Below, piece by piece: positions 12,095 to 24,545 of a stretch of 64,000 nucleotides of DNA (its first letter is position 1; each line of letters opens with the position of its first letter). Origin of the DNA: Octopus sinensis (taxonomy: Eukaryota). The stretch covers positions 5,146,001-5,210,000 of the forward strand of contig NC_043000.1 of assembly GCF_006345805.1 (NCBI RefSeq). Reading direction: 5' to 3'. The notes under the pieces were generated by a model. The model did not search any database. It saw only the letters and a list, made by a program, of their open reading frames with translations, and was not told the origin of the DNA. The position numbers were made by a program, and so were the translations under genes.

Positions 12095-12290
12095 CCTCTA
12101 CCAACACTGCCACCACCACCACCACTACCACCACCACAATCACCACCACCACCACCACTACCACCACCACCACCAACATCACCACCACAAATGCTACACC
12201 ACTACCACTGCCATCACCACTAACACCACCACAACTAATCCACCACCACCATCACCATCATTACTACTGCTGCCGCTGCCACCACCATCG
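12095..12290. repeat. (CAC/CAT)n low-complexity tract
   Basis: Directly visible. Confidence 0.9.
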
Positions 12291-13025
12291 AAGGAGCAGA
12301 AACTTGAAGACTGCAATGTCTTCTGAGGTACCTCAACACCTCAATATGGTTACAGGACAAGCCTGGTATCACTGCTAGCAAAGCTATTTTTAAATAGCAC
12401 TGAAATAATTTTGATGGTAAATATATCACCAAACAGTCCTGATTCAGTAGCAGCGGCAAATTATTTTACCATTTTTCTTTTTAAATATATTTTTACTTTT
12501 ATTTTTTGCTTTAAAAACACAAAAATCTAATGGTTATCTGTTTATCAATGAAGATCGAAATCTGGTATCAATCATATTTTCTTTCTTATCTTTTCACACA
12601 CACACACACACATGCAAATATGCACACAAGCATACACACATATCCACACACATATACACACACACAAACACACACATTCACACATACAGAAGCAAATACG
12701 TTGAAACATATTCATACACATACATACACTCGTTTTTTCTTTTTTTTTTTATCATGAAGGTGCTCTACATCTTTGAGTGTTATTCCTGGAATTTAGAGGA
12801 GCAAAAAAAAAAAACCGTTCTTAGAATGACAACAGTAGTGACAAAAATAACAACAAAAAAAAACCACAACAACAATAGCAGCAATGATGACACCGCTGAA
12901 GAAGGGTGATGTTTCTTGCAGCAACTATACTGGCTAGGAAACAAGAAAGAACACTACAAAGGAAAAATTACCATGGCCAGTGAATATATACATCTGTGTG
13001 TGTGTTTGTGAGTGTGTGTGAATAT

Positions 13026-13260
13026 TAGTGGTTAGGGCATTGAACCCGTGATTGTAAGATTGTGGTTTCGATTCCTGGACCGGGTGATGCATTGTGTTCT
13101 TGAGCAAGACACTTCATTTAACATTGCTCCAGTCCACTTCGTTGGCAAATATAGATTAGTAATCCTGTGATGGCCCAGCATTCCATCTAGGGTAGGAGAA
13201 TATATATAAGCCATGGAAACCAGGAACCCAGCCCTATGAATCTATAGGACTCAGGCAGGA
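13026..13260 (+). mobile_element. tRNA-derived SINE family D
   Basis: AGTGGTTAGGG head, GGTTTCGATTCC B-box, GTGTTCTTGAGCAAGACAC core, tail GGAAACCAGGAACCCAGCCCTATGA. Confidence 0.8.
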
Positions 13261-13335
13261 TTATATAGATATATATTACGTTTATCTATTTATTGGCTAA
13301 ACTGGCAACATGACCATTCCTAAATACAACAATAT

Positions 13336-13495
13336 ATCATCATCATCATCATCATCATCGTTTAGCGTCCGCTTTCCATGCTAGCATGGGTTGGACGGTT
13401 CAACTGGGGTCTGGGAAGACAGAAGGCTGCACCAGGCCCAGTTTGATCTGGCAATGTTTATACGGCTGGATGCCCTTCCTAACGCCAACCACTTT
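13336..13495 (-). mobile_element. Family B retroposon 3' fragment
   Basis: (CAT)n CGTTTAGCGTCCGCTTTCCATGCTAGCATGGG. Confidence 0.85.
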
Positions 13496-13943
13496 ATATG
13501 TGTGTGTGTGTATATAATAGAAATATGTTACAAAAAGAAAATAGAAACTACATGTGGAAATGTAAGGGGAAAGTAAGAAGGAAATTAAGTGAAAATGCAC
13601 ATTGGAAATCGAAAGGGTAAAAGCTTTTTATGAAAAATAACGATTGATATATACAATTAGATGAACTGAGATAGGAATAAGAGTAATAAAAGTCATTATT
13701 GTGAATTGTTAAAGAGATTTAGAAGCATACTGGTTACATAAAATTACTAATCATAGCTTTGAATGCACACCGATTACTGAGCGCTGTCAGGTCTACTATA
13801 CAAAGTATGGGGGTTTAGTTCACAGGTGATCTAAACGATTTGGTATGCTAGGTAAGTACTGTAAAGGATTACTAGGGCTCCAAGGTATAACCGAGACGGT
13901 AGTTATGGAGCCATTGCAGATTTTCGATGCAGCAGATATATAC

Positions 13944-14163
13944 TTGTTAAAAGGACAACAAACATGAAGGCAAAGCAAACATCTCAAGTTGTATATGATG
14001 TTATTATTGGAAAAAATTCAAAGTCTTACAGCTGTTTCTGGGATATCTCTGAGCACGGGATATTCCATCATTACAGCTGTATGACTTTGAATTTTTTCAA
14101 TAATAACATCGTATAAGACTTGAGAAGTTTGCCTTGCCTTAATGTTTGTTGTCCTCTTTAACA

Positions 14164-14164
<1 letters not shown>
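13944..14164. mobile_element. Palindromic element (about 90-bp arms, 37-bp spacer) with a broken hammerhead in the centre
   Basis: Left arm TTGTTAAAAGGACAAC...ACAGCTGT matches the reverse complement of the right arm; minus strand centre reads AUGA-UGGAAUAUC/GAUAUCCCA-GAAAC-AGCU-GUA. Confidence 0.75.
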
Positions 14165-14198
<34 letters not shown>

Positions 14199-14263
14199 AT
14201 ATATAATATATATATATATATGTGTATATGTATATGTTATATATATATATATATATATATATC

Positions 14264-14295
<32 letters not shown>

Positions 14296-14369
14296 ATATA
14301 TATATATATATGTATATAAATATATACACACACACACATACAGACACACACACACACACACCACATATA

Positions 14370-14606
14370 CAGGGTTGGCTAAAAGTCACCTGACAGTAAA
14401 TCAAAACCCACTTAATTCCAAGATTAAAACAAAAAATTATTCCATATGAGATTTCACTAATATATAGACAAATGTTGAAAAAAAAAATGATTTTAACTCA
14501 CAGCATTCAATTATTAAACATTCATAACTGGAATAAGAAAATATAATTGAATATTAAGTATTTATGGAATTTTGATTTACTGTCAGGTGACTTTTGGCCA
14601 AGACTG
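14370..14606. mobile_element. Tc1/mariner-type MITE, 237 bp
   Basis: About 37-bp TIRs CAGGGTTGGCTAAAAGTCACCTGACAGTAAATCAAAA / TTTTGATTTACTGTCAGGTGACTTTTGGCCAAGACTG, TA on both sides. Confidence 0.9.
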
Positions 14607-14829
14607 TATACACACACACACACACACACACACAACACACACACACACACACAGAGGCACACATACACATATATAAGACAAAGTATAAATAATGGTTATT
14701 ACATATATTCCCTTTATTGAAATAAATTTGGCTTATATTTGTTTCCAGTAGTCATACAAAAATGAAAATAAGATTGACACCGCATTTAACAGATATATTT
14801 GCCAAAATTACATAAAAATATCTTAAAAT

Positions 14830-15296
14830 ACTAATGAGTAAATTTATTCAATAAAATCACAATTGACTTCAACCACAGTCGACCTTGAAATCTCCTGCAA
14901 CTCTTCTGGGCAGTCTCCTTGTTTAAATTGGTGAATGCTGCCATAATCCTTGCCTTCAGTTCATGTTTGATGTTACAAGGAGTTTTGTTGGTCCCCTGCT
15001 CAACTGCACCCCACACATAATAATCAAGGGGGTTGCAGTCTGGGGAGTTAGGTGGCCAAATGTTAGGTGTGAAGTGGTTGCAGAAATTGTCTGACAGCAA
15101 TGACTAGGTTCTCCTGCTTGTGTGGCATGGTGGAGAGTCCTGTTGCCAAACATAGGGTCTTCCAGCAGCCACCCTCTTGACCCTGGGCAGCACTACCTCT
15201 TTCAGGCACTTGATGTAGGCCTCCATGTTGAGTCTGATGCTGTATAGGAAGATGAAAGGAGGCATAATGTCACCATCACTAATGATCACCCCAAAC
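14830..15296 (-). pseudogene. Tc1/mariner DD37D (maT-type) transposase C-terminal remnant
   Basis: WQQDSPPCHTSRRT*SLLSDNF...WPPNSPDCNPLDYYVWG: 37 residues between the 2nd and 3rd catalytic D; in-frame TAG; 5' part lost at a SINE A fragment. Confidence 0.9.
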
Positions 15297-15530
15297 ATAC
15301 ATGTATGTGTGTATGTATATGTTTGTGTGCCTGTATTTGTACCCCCTAGCATTGCTTGACAACCGATGCTGGTGTATTTACATCCCCATAACTTAGCGGT
15401 TCGGCAAAAGAGACTGATAGAATAAGTACTAGGCTTAGAAAGAATAAGTTCTGGTGTCAATTTGCTCGACTGATGGCGGTGCTTCAGCGTGGCCACAGTC
15501 AAATGACTGAAACAAGTAAAAGAATAAAGA
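15297..15530 (+). mobile_element. SINE family A 3' half
   Basis: CCCCTAGCATTGCTTGACAACCGATGCTGG...GACTGAAACAAGTAAAAGAATAAAG. Confidence 0.85.
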
Positions 15531-15817
15531 ATCAGAATTAAAAATGATACTGGACATTCAAAGATTTTTTTGACAAGATGACATATAATAATGAAAGCTT
15601 AGATTAAGTGTTTCAGAAAAATTCAGGTTTATTAACACTTCTCAGTTATAAGTCTTGATGAGAGATAAAGAAGAACTGATAAGAGTTTAAAAGATATTTT
15701 GTCTTCTTTTATCTGTAAGTTCTATTATCAATTTTTGAGCTCAAGTAAAGATGAGGGTGAGAGCAAAAAGCGCACTTATATGGTTTCAGTGTTTGTACTC
15801 AATAAAACCAAAACTTT

Positions 15818-16190
15818 GGAATGGCTGTGTGGTAAGAAGTTTGGTTCCAAATCACATGGTTCCAGGTTCAGTGCCACTGCATGGCATCTTGGGCAAGTGT
15901 CTTCTGCTATAGCCTTGGGTTGACCAAAGCCTTGTGAGTAGATTTGGTAGATGGAAATGAAAGAAGCCTGTTGTGTGTGTGTATATATGAGTGTGTGAGT
16001 GTGTGTGTTTGTTAGTGCCCCCCACTGCCACTTGACAACTGGTGTCGGTGTGGTTACATCCCTGTAACTTAACGGTTCAACAATGAGAATGATAGAATAA
16101 GTATCAGGCTTAAAAAGGAAATAAGTACCAGGGTTGATCAGTTTGACTAAAGTTCTTCAAAGCAATGCCCCAGCATGGCCACAGCCTAAA
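15818..16190 (+). mobile_element. SINE family A (diverged, near full length)
   Basis: Head, central (TG)n and 3' half all recognisable. Confidence 0.8.
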
Positions 16191-16424
16191 TAAATAAATA
16201 AATAAATGAATAAATAAGTAAACAGTGGATCATTTTTATCTTTTACTAGTTTCAGTCATCAGACTGTGGCCATGTTGGGGCCCTGCCTTGGAAAGTTTAG
16301 TTGAACACATCAAGTTCCTTTTTTGCTGAACCTCTAAGTTATTGGGAATGTAAACAAACCGATACCAGTTGCCAAACAGTGGATGGGGAGGACAAACACA
16401 GACACTCACACATTTATTCTTTTC

Positions 16425-16790
16425 TATTCTAGGCACAAAGACCGAAAATTTTGGGAGGGGGTTATTTGATTAGATCGATCCCAGTACGCAACCGGTACTT
16501 AATTTATTGGCCCTGAAAGGATGAAAGGCAAAGTTGGCCTCAGTGGAATTTGAACTCAGAACATAAAGACAAACGAAATACCACTAAGCATTTTCCTTGG
16601 TGTGCTAATGTTTCTGCCAGCTCACCACCTAAATATTCTTTTCTACTCTAGGCACAAGGTCCAAAATATTTGGGGAGAGCAAGGGCAGTTGATTAGATTG
16701 ACACCAGTATGCAACTGGTGGTTAATTTATCGACCCTGAAAGGATGAAAGGCAAAGTCAACCTCAGCAGAATTTGAACTCAGAACGTAAA
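16425..16790 (-). mobile_element. Two tandem copies of SINE family C
   Basis: Reverse complement of GTTCTGAGTTCAAATTC...GAGGTTGACTTTGCCTTTCATCCTTTCAGGGTCGATAAATTAA; this central block resembles the Meta/MESC SINE domain (from recollection, unverified). Confidence 0.8.
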
Positions 16791-17668
16791 GAGAGATGTG
16801 TGTATATATATATATATTGTTTGTCATAAGAATTTTATAAACTTGACAACCACTGTTCGTTTGTTTACACCGATGGATCTTGTAACTAAGCAGTTCAACT
16901 AAAAGTGACCAATTGAATAAGTACCAGATTTTAAAAGAATAAGCATTGAGATCAATTTCTGCAACTAAACGTTTTCCAGTGATGAGCGTCCCAGCATGAC
17001 CGGAGTCCTATGACTGAAGCAAGTAAAATACTAACTTTGGCATCTAGTATTTTTGTATCAGTAATACCAATGCTACAAGACGGTTTATTTGAGTAAAAAC
17101 AATCTGACTATCAGTAGTGAGGAATGCAAGGAGTAACAGAACCATGATATATTCAGCAGCATTCAGCCTGATGGTTAGCAATGTGGCATACATTTCAAGC
17201 AATCTGCACTCACTAAGAATCCTCAACTCTGATTGGTTAATAAACCATAAAGTACAAGAATGCAACTGTCTCGAGTATTAACTGTGATGCTGACTAACCG
17301 ACTAAATTATTTACAATAAAAAAGTACGTGACTGCATATGTCTTGAGTAAATATCAAGTAGAGATCTTGGTGTTCTTAGAGGCCTGGTGTTTGGATCCAG
17401 CCTAGTCTCAGGGATCCCAGGAGATGAGATAGAAATTCTCCACTTGGCAGAATGTTAGTCTATAACAGATAACATTCCGAGATGGGCTGGCAACTATTCA
17501 TACTGACAACAGTTATGCAAACTGAAACTTGCAGAGCTGAACGTGCCAAAAATACAAAAAGAAAAAAAAGGGGAAAAGAAAAACAAAGCTCTAATAAACA
17601 TTGAAATCCTGCTGTGAACTTGAACTCAAAATCTCTGAGTTGGTAGTCCAATGGTGTATCCACCATGC

Positions 17669-17948
17669 CAGTGGTTCCTAAACTTCATCAGGCTGCTGCC
17701 TCTTTGGCACTCGAGCCACAGTCATAACACCCCTTCCCACTCACCATTACAAATATCGACCCCTTTCTGAAGTGAACTCAAAACAGACTGAACTTAACCT
17801 GATTTACCTATTATTTTGTTGATTTTTACAGCCATTGTCCCCTTTTGGCCACCCCATTATTGCCCCACTTTTCATCAATATGCTCTTGGACCTTTCCAAC
17901 GTCCCCAGGGAGGTGAGAGGACAGTACCACCCACTTTGGGAACCACTG
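17669..17948. mobile_element. hAT-type MITE, 280 bp
   Basis: TIRs CAGTGGTTCCTAAA / TTTGGGAACCACTG; 8-bp TSD CACCATGC / CACTATGC (7 of 8 match). Confidence 0.85.
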
Positions 17949-18664
17949 CACTATGCTATTTTGCTTATAAAGTTGTTGGTTTTGTTTAGCTCCAGGTCAG
18001 CCCTGATCAAAGACACACCAACCATGACCATCCAATCTTTTATTTAGACACAATGTATTTTAAACTAGGTCATCCAATGTGTCCTTTTGTTTTCAAAAAA
18101 ACAAAAGGATGTGAAGTGGCACAGATTTAGCTGTTATTTCTATCAAGTCAAGTAACAAGTAGACATTCTTTCATTGACTTTGTCTGCTTTAGCAGTTGTT
18201 GCTGTTGTTGTTTCAATCCTGATTGAGCAAATCTAACATCAAAAGCTTTGAAGCCATCACAGTCTAGTATTTTATTTCATTTATTTATTTATTTTTGCAA
18301 TCAGCATCCATCAAGAATCACACAATCTAAAGTTCTTTGTCTTTTAAGAGAAATTTAAAGAGACAGTTTCTATTTCTAGCAAATTGAACAACTTCATAGA
18401 GGCCTCCTTATTTGAAGTGGTTGACTGCTTATCCATTGTGCTGAGTCATCTAAGACAGTCTTTCAAATGGACATTTGTGTATACATTTCTATTCAGACAC
18501 TAACAACTCTGATGATTATTGTGAAGATTTAACTATTTCTCTCTCTATATATCTCTCTATATATATTTATATACTGTGTGGAAAGCAATCACTTCAATCT
18601 CTGACAAAATGTTTAATATTTTGTTAAAATTTCTGTGTCTTTCTTACTTTATTTATTTATATAT

Positions 18665-19058
18665 ACTAGCAGTATTGCCTGGCGTTGCTTGGGTTTGTTT
18701 CGACCCTTTAGAATTGGAATTTTTGAAAAGTAAAAATTGTGCATTATGTAGCTTGTTATTTTCTTTAAGTGCACATTTTACTGCTTGAAATACACCAAAA
18801 AATGGCGACACAGCAGTAAAAAAATCGTAAAAAATAGGGATTTTCATAGAAAAAAAGCACCTTTTTGATGTAAATAATTTTTGGTGTTAACATGGTCCGA
18901 TTTGAATTTTATCTTCTACGGAATGAAGAGCAGGCCTTCTTCTATCACACTTTCAATTTTGGTCAACATGCACAGCAGGGTCTCGGAGGATATAGTGTTA
19001 GTTGAAGGCTACCAAACCTGCCATACACAGACAACTTCAGCTTTATATATATAGAGAT
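18665..19058 (+). mobile_element. Non-autonomous Helitron-like element (Lep1-like termini)
   Basis: 5' ACTAGCAGTATTGCCTGGCGTTGCTTGGG and 3' ACAGACAACTTCAGCTTTATATATATAGAGAT; same termini as 55316-55757. Confidence 0.7.
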
Positions 19059-19124
19059 TTATATACTGTGTGGAAAGCAATCACTTCAATCTCTGATAAA
19101 ATGTTTAATATTTTGTTACATTTT

Positions 19125-19155
<31 letters not shown>

Positions 19156-19656
19156 ATTTATTTATCTATTTATTTATTTATTTATTCAAGAAGCAATCCA
19201 TGTAAAGGCATAAAAATATGTAAAGCATAGACATACGGAAACGTTATTTCCATATGAATATAAACATGATTTAAATCCCAATTTCATGGAATGGCAAATA
19301 AGCTATTTAAAAGAATAAACTAAATTTTCGCTATTAAGAGTAAATAGTCACTTGAAATGTTGATGTTGTCATCCAGTCCCACCCTGCACCACCTTCAATA
19401 GAATTTAAACAAAATGACATTTGTTTTGGGGTGGGGGGTAGGGGTGAGGTAGGAGCAAGAATTAATTGAAATGGAAAAGAAGGCTGTTAAGAGGTCAATG
19501 GGTCAACCGTTTCTTGTTTTGCTTTGGTAATGGAAATTCTGCAGGTTTATGTCAACAGCAGATTTCAATGTTGTTCTAAAATGGTCTGCTATAGTCTAAA
19601 GGTACTGGAGGAGATTTATTGTAATAAAAGAGCAGCCTGTCAGACACATGAGGAAC

Positions 19657-19843
19657 GGTGATGATGGTGATGATGATATGATGATGATGTGATGAAGATG
19701 TTGATGATAATGATGATGACAATGATGATAATGATGATATGATGATGATGCCAATGATAATGTTGATATGATAATGATGATGATGATGATGATGATGATG
19801 ATGGTGATGATAGTGATGATGATGACAACAACGACGATGATTG
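19657..19843. repeat. (GAT)n low-complexity tract
   Basis: Directly visible. Confidence 0.9.
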
Positions 19844-19989
19844 ATTTTGAGTGCTAGGGTGTTGCACTTGTGATTGCAAGATCACAGTTTAGATCCCTGG
19901 ACCAGTCAGTGCATTGTGCTTTTGAGCAAAGCCCTTCATTTCATGTTGCTCACCCAGATGTGTGTTGTTGCAAATTGCCTTTATGCTGG

Positions 19990-20410
19990 TAATTTCATTG
20001 CTGTAAATTCTCCATGAATTACATCACAGTAAATATATTGTTTCCACCACAAGGCCCAGTCCTTGCCACAGTACAGTGGCTTGTGTGCCTCTACTTTGAG
20101 AACAATGCCAGCAGATTGCAAGCTCCTTGTAGGGTCTCCCAAGATAGACAGGTTCAAGGATAGAGGCCAGACTAATATGGACCACCTCTTCCCAGAAGTG
20201 AAAATGGGTTTGTGTAGGGCCAGCACCTCTACTTAGAAAAAAGTTAAGTTACAGAAGAATCAATAAGAATTCAGAACCAACAAGACTTGGGAGTGGAGGG
20301 CCTTCCCACAAAGAAGCATGAAATTGGAAGGACAGTTATCTTGAGAATAGTGGGAAAAAGTCGTTGATGGCCTGATACTCCACAGGGAATGAAGTGAATC
20401 AAGTAAGTAA
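19990..20410 (+). mobile_element. Possible RTE-clade LINE derivative (internally deleted)
   Basis: Ends GGCCTGATACTCCACAGGGAATGAAGTGAATCAAGTAAGTAA, resembling RTE 3' ends with (TAAG)n; no intact ORF. Confidence 0.35.
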
Positions 20411-21289
20411 ATACATTGCTTGTAATTTCATCAGAAAGTAATTCCATTGTGAGCCAACTTATCATCAGTAAATTTATCCTCATAACAAATACATACTCAA
20501 TATATTCCTTGACATGCTTTTTATCGACAGTATAAATACATCAGTAAACATTATTTTAAATTTTTATTCACAGGGTAAATGTGTCACGTTTCATTAGCAA
20601 TGAAGAAAAAAAAAGTACTTCAAAAACAAAAGAAAAGAAAAAGTTACAGAATTTTCTCAAAATATGCATGAAAAAAGTTTCATTTCAAAGTTACTTTTCG
20701 AAATAAAATCACAAAAGAATTCAGTAAAAAAAATTTCACAATTTTAAATTGAAGAAGAAAAGAAATATTTTAAAAGAAAGTAAAAAAGGAGCAATGCCTC
20801 TTAAATAATCCAGTATTTCACCATCCATTTTGATATTCTTTGATGATGCAGTAAATTCTCAATGCACCACATTTATATTTCTTTTCGTGATCTTCAATTT
20901 CTACAGCAGCAATATAGTGTTTGATTATTTCTCCATTTTACTTGATTTTTTTTTTTTTCAAGATTTCCGAAAATTACCAGATTGTACAATGGAACTTTCG
21001 TCTTTGAATTTTATTCAATTTTTTTTTTTTTTACAATTAATGAAATGCAACATATTTATTCTGTGAGTAAAAACTTTAGATTATTTTTCGGGATGTATAT
21101 ACTCCACTGAAAAAATTGCATGACCATAAAGTTGTCGATGATATATTTGACACAATGATAAATTTACACATAGAATAAAGGCTCACAATATAATTACCTT
21201 ACAATGAAGGTATAAGCAATATATTTACTGCTATGTAATTACTAGTGATAAATTTAGTTACTGAGGTATGTCATGAGCCCTAGAACCCA

Positions 21290-21545
21290 TAAGAGCAGAG
21301 CTCAACCCAGTTTCTGTAGCACTTAAGTGATTGAGGTTATAACATTCCTCTCTGAGGAATGGTCTGTTTCAAGGTTAATATCCCAGCTATGGCTGGAACT
21401 CATTTACAGCTAAGCAGACTCAATGGAGCAACATGAAATGAAGTGACTTGCTCAAGAACATAATACAATGCCTGGTCTCAGAATCAAAATTATGATCTTA
21501 CAATAATGAGTATGACACCCTAATTACTAGGTTACATGTTTTTCA
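21290..21545 (-). mobile_element. SINE family D (diverged)
   Basis: Reverse complement of the TTCTTGAGCAAGTCACTTCATTTCATGTTGCTCC core. Confidence 0.6.
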
Positions 21546-22509
21546 CACAGTAATAAATTTACTACAATGAATTTACAGTGAACCAGCTAAAAAGGGCCAG
21601 CTTGATACCAATGTCACTAGCAGTAATTGTTGTTTCTCCTATCTAAGTATTGCACCACTATTCTGTAGACAAGCATGTTATGCATATGTCAACCCTGCCT
21701 GACTTTTCTCCTCATCCATAATCATCATCATCATCGTTTAACGTCTGCTTTCCATGCTAGCATGGGTTGGACGGTTTGACTGAGGGCTGGCGAATCAGAT
21801 AGCTGCACCAGGCTCCAGTCTTGAAATACTACTCCTGTTAAGGAAGAATACATCATGCTACACTCTGGCCAAAGTTCTTTCAAACTTTTCTTTTGAAGGA
21901 ATATGGAAAAACCCTCTGATTTCTGAAATTTGGAGAAATGTCACTTACCCCTTGACTCTTTCTTATGACTCTTTCTACAAGCCAGGAGACACCCTCCTTC
22001 CAGACATACTCCTTCGAGACACCCTCCTTCGAGACAAACCCCTTCCACTCTTTTTCTTTTCACTGAAGCTGACTCTTATTGAACGCCTCTTTATGGCTCA
22101 TGATTCAAGCAAAAACTGAGTTGCTGTTTTAGTGATTTTGCTGTTTTATCTTTTTATGTGCATCTCAGATTGTAGCTGTTTTTTTTATTATATATTTATT
22201 TAATTGTAATATTTTCTAATTTTCTGCCGTGAGCTCATTAACATACACATGTGCAGCTCTATTCATGTGGCAAGTTTTCTGCAGCTTGATGCCCTTCTTG
22301 CTGCCATGCTAGGCAAAATGCTGAGTGGCATTTCTTCAGGCACTTTACATTTAATTCACATCCTACTGAGATCAACTTTGTCTTTCATTCTTCCAAGGGT
22401 GATAAAATAGAGTACCAGCCAAAAACTGGTGTGGGGGGGGGGGGTCAGTGTAATCAACTTGCCCTCTTGTCTCAAAATTAGTGGCTTGAGCCAAAATTTG
22501 AAAGCACTA

Positions 22510-22710
22510 CTACCCAAGGGCGGTGGCTCGGCAGAATTGTTTGAGCATCAGAAAAATAGCTTTGCAGTATCTGTTCTGGCTCTCTTTATGTTCTGAGTTC
22601 ATATCTTGGTACGGTTAAATTTGCCTTTCGTCTCTTTGGAGTCAATAAAATAAAGTAACAGACAAGTACTAGAATCAATGGTAGCAGCTAACTACCCCCC
22701 CCCCCTTATC
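22510..22710 (+). mobile_element. SINE family C
   Basis: GGCTCGGCAGAATTGTT...GTTCTGAGTTCA...TTTGCCTTTCGTCTCTTTGGAGTCAATAAAATAAAGTA. Confidence 0.7.
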
Positions 22711-23459
22711 ATTGTTGACTAAATCAGAAACAAATATTATTGTATAGATCTGGATTTTAGTAAGCTTAGCACTGCTCTTCTCATAAATAAAGAACACAGC
22801 ATCCATATTTACTTGTTTATGTTATTGTTGCTGTTGCTTGATATAGTTTTGTTTTATTTAATTTTATCATTTTTTTTTTGGTGGTTCTTTATTTTCGTTT
22901 TTGCTCTCTCTCTTTTGTTATCGAAATTGCTGTTGCTGATGATGCAAAGATATCAGGCTGTGCTGACAGTCAGCATAGGATCTCCCAGCATGAAAGATTG
23001 AAATAATGTTTGAGCGAGATTTATGTGATATTCTTATTGTTAACTTTGAAGTGTTCAGGTTAAAGAAGGAGAAAAAAAAAAAAAGAAAAACAATGAGAAA
23101 AGGAAAATAAAATAAAAAAAAACGAAACAAATTTATGTACAACAAGGACAGAGAATTATGTAATTTTAATGATATGCATGGAATTTCTTGCAAGTTTGAG
23201 GAAATAAAGTAAAGGTGTAAATAACGCATGAAATAGGATGAACATGTTCCTTTCCAAATGCTTAAGCTGAACCATCGCTGATTAACCTTTCATGGCAATC
23301 ACATGTTCTTGGCTAAGACAGATTAGGTTTTCCTTTTTCAGAGTTAGGAACATATTTCAGCCCTCAAACTTGCTCTTAATTTTATACAGTGAATCAACAT
23401 ATAGAGTTCGTTATTGCTCATATATTAGGAATTAATGTATTCACAATGTTCTTCCTGTG

Positions 23460-23748
23460 GAGGCGCAATGGCCCAGTGGTTAGGGCAGCGGACTCGCGGT
23501 CGGAGGATCGTGGTTTTGATTCCCAGACCGGGCGTTGTGTGTGTTTATTGAGTGAAAACACCTAAAGCTCCACGAGGCACCGGCAGGGGGTGGTGGTGAC
23601 CCCTGTTGTACTCTTTCGCCCCAACTTTCTCTCACTCTTTCTTCCTGTTTCTTGAGTAATGATGCGATGGACTGGCGTCCCATCCAGCTGCGGGGGGGTA
23701 GGGGAGGGGGACACATACGCCACAGAAACCGGGTAACGGGGCCCATAA
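23460..23748 (+). mobile_element. tRNA-derived SINE, family D-related subfamily
   Basis: GGAGGCGCAATGGCCCAGTGGTTAGGGCAGCGGACTCGCGG head (A-box TGGCCCAGTGG); same head on minus at about 45395-45488. Confidence 0.85.
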
Positions 23749-24124
23749 ATAAAATGCTCTTCTTCTACATTCTGGATGTGATTAAAAGGTGATTCTGGGC
23801 TGCAATTTCTACAAAATTTAACAACCATGTAGAAGTTCTCTTGTTAGGGATTAACAGATTTCTGAGATATTAGGATACTAAAAGCAGGCTGAGAAATCAG
23901 TGAGTCACATTTTATTGAGAGTTTTGAGTGGTGTCCAAGATGCCCAGCTCTCAAATGGCTCAGTTTATTAAGCTGTAAATAGCTGCCAATCTCAGCCAAG
24001 ATTATACCCAATAGTCTTAAAAAAGCAGAAAGATATTTTGATGATGTTATCCAAGACAGAACTAATGAATGAAGTTATGGATTCTTATGGCTGGGAGGTA
24101 AAAACTGATCAGTAAGTACAGCCT

Positions 24125-24401
24125 AGAAATATATACATGCACACACACACACACACACACAGACGCACACACACACATTACATTACATATATGCACACAC
24201 ACTTACACATATATAAACACACACACACACACATACAAATAGGAAAGAGAGAGAGAAAGAGAAAGAGGGAGAAAACTAGATAGATAGACAGACAGACAGA
24301 CAGATAGACAGACAGACAGACAGATAGGTTGGCAGGCAGAGAGAAATGTAGGTAGGCAGATAGACAGATAGATAGATAGATGAATAGATAGACAGACAGA
24401 C

Positions 24402-24476
<75 letters not shown>

Positions 24477-24545
24477 AATAGATAGCTAGCTAGCTAGATA
24501 GATAGAGAGAGAGAGAGAGAGTGAGAGATAGGTAGATGGATAGAT
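24125..24545. repeat. Compound CA / GA / GATA / GACA microsatellites
   Basis: Directly visible. Confidence 0.95.

Noticed and set aside
17044-17265. 73-aa hydrophobic ORF in unique sequence
   Set aside because: No ATG start, splice signals or recognisable motif; compatible with chance in AT-rich DNA.
20420-21180. Possible decayed coding fragments on the minus strand (YEDKFTDDKLAHNG; HYIAAVEIEDHEKK)
   Set aside because: Short and bounded by stops, with no identifiable family.
23460-23530. True tRNA genes at SINE heads
   Set aside because: Heads run directly into SINE bodies, lack a closed acceptor stem, and are multi-copy and diverged.
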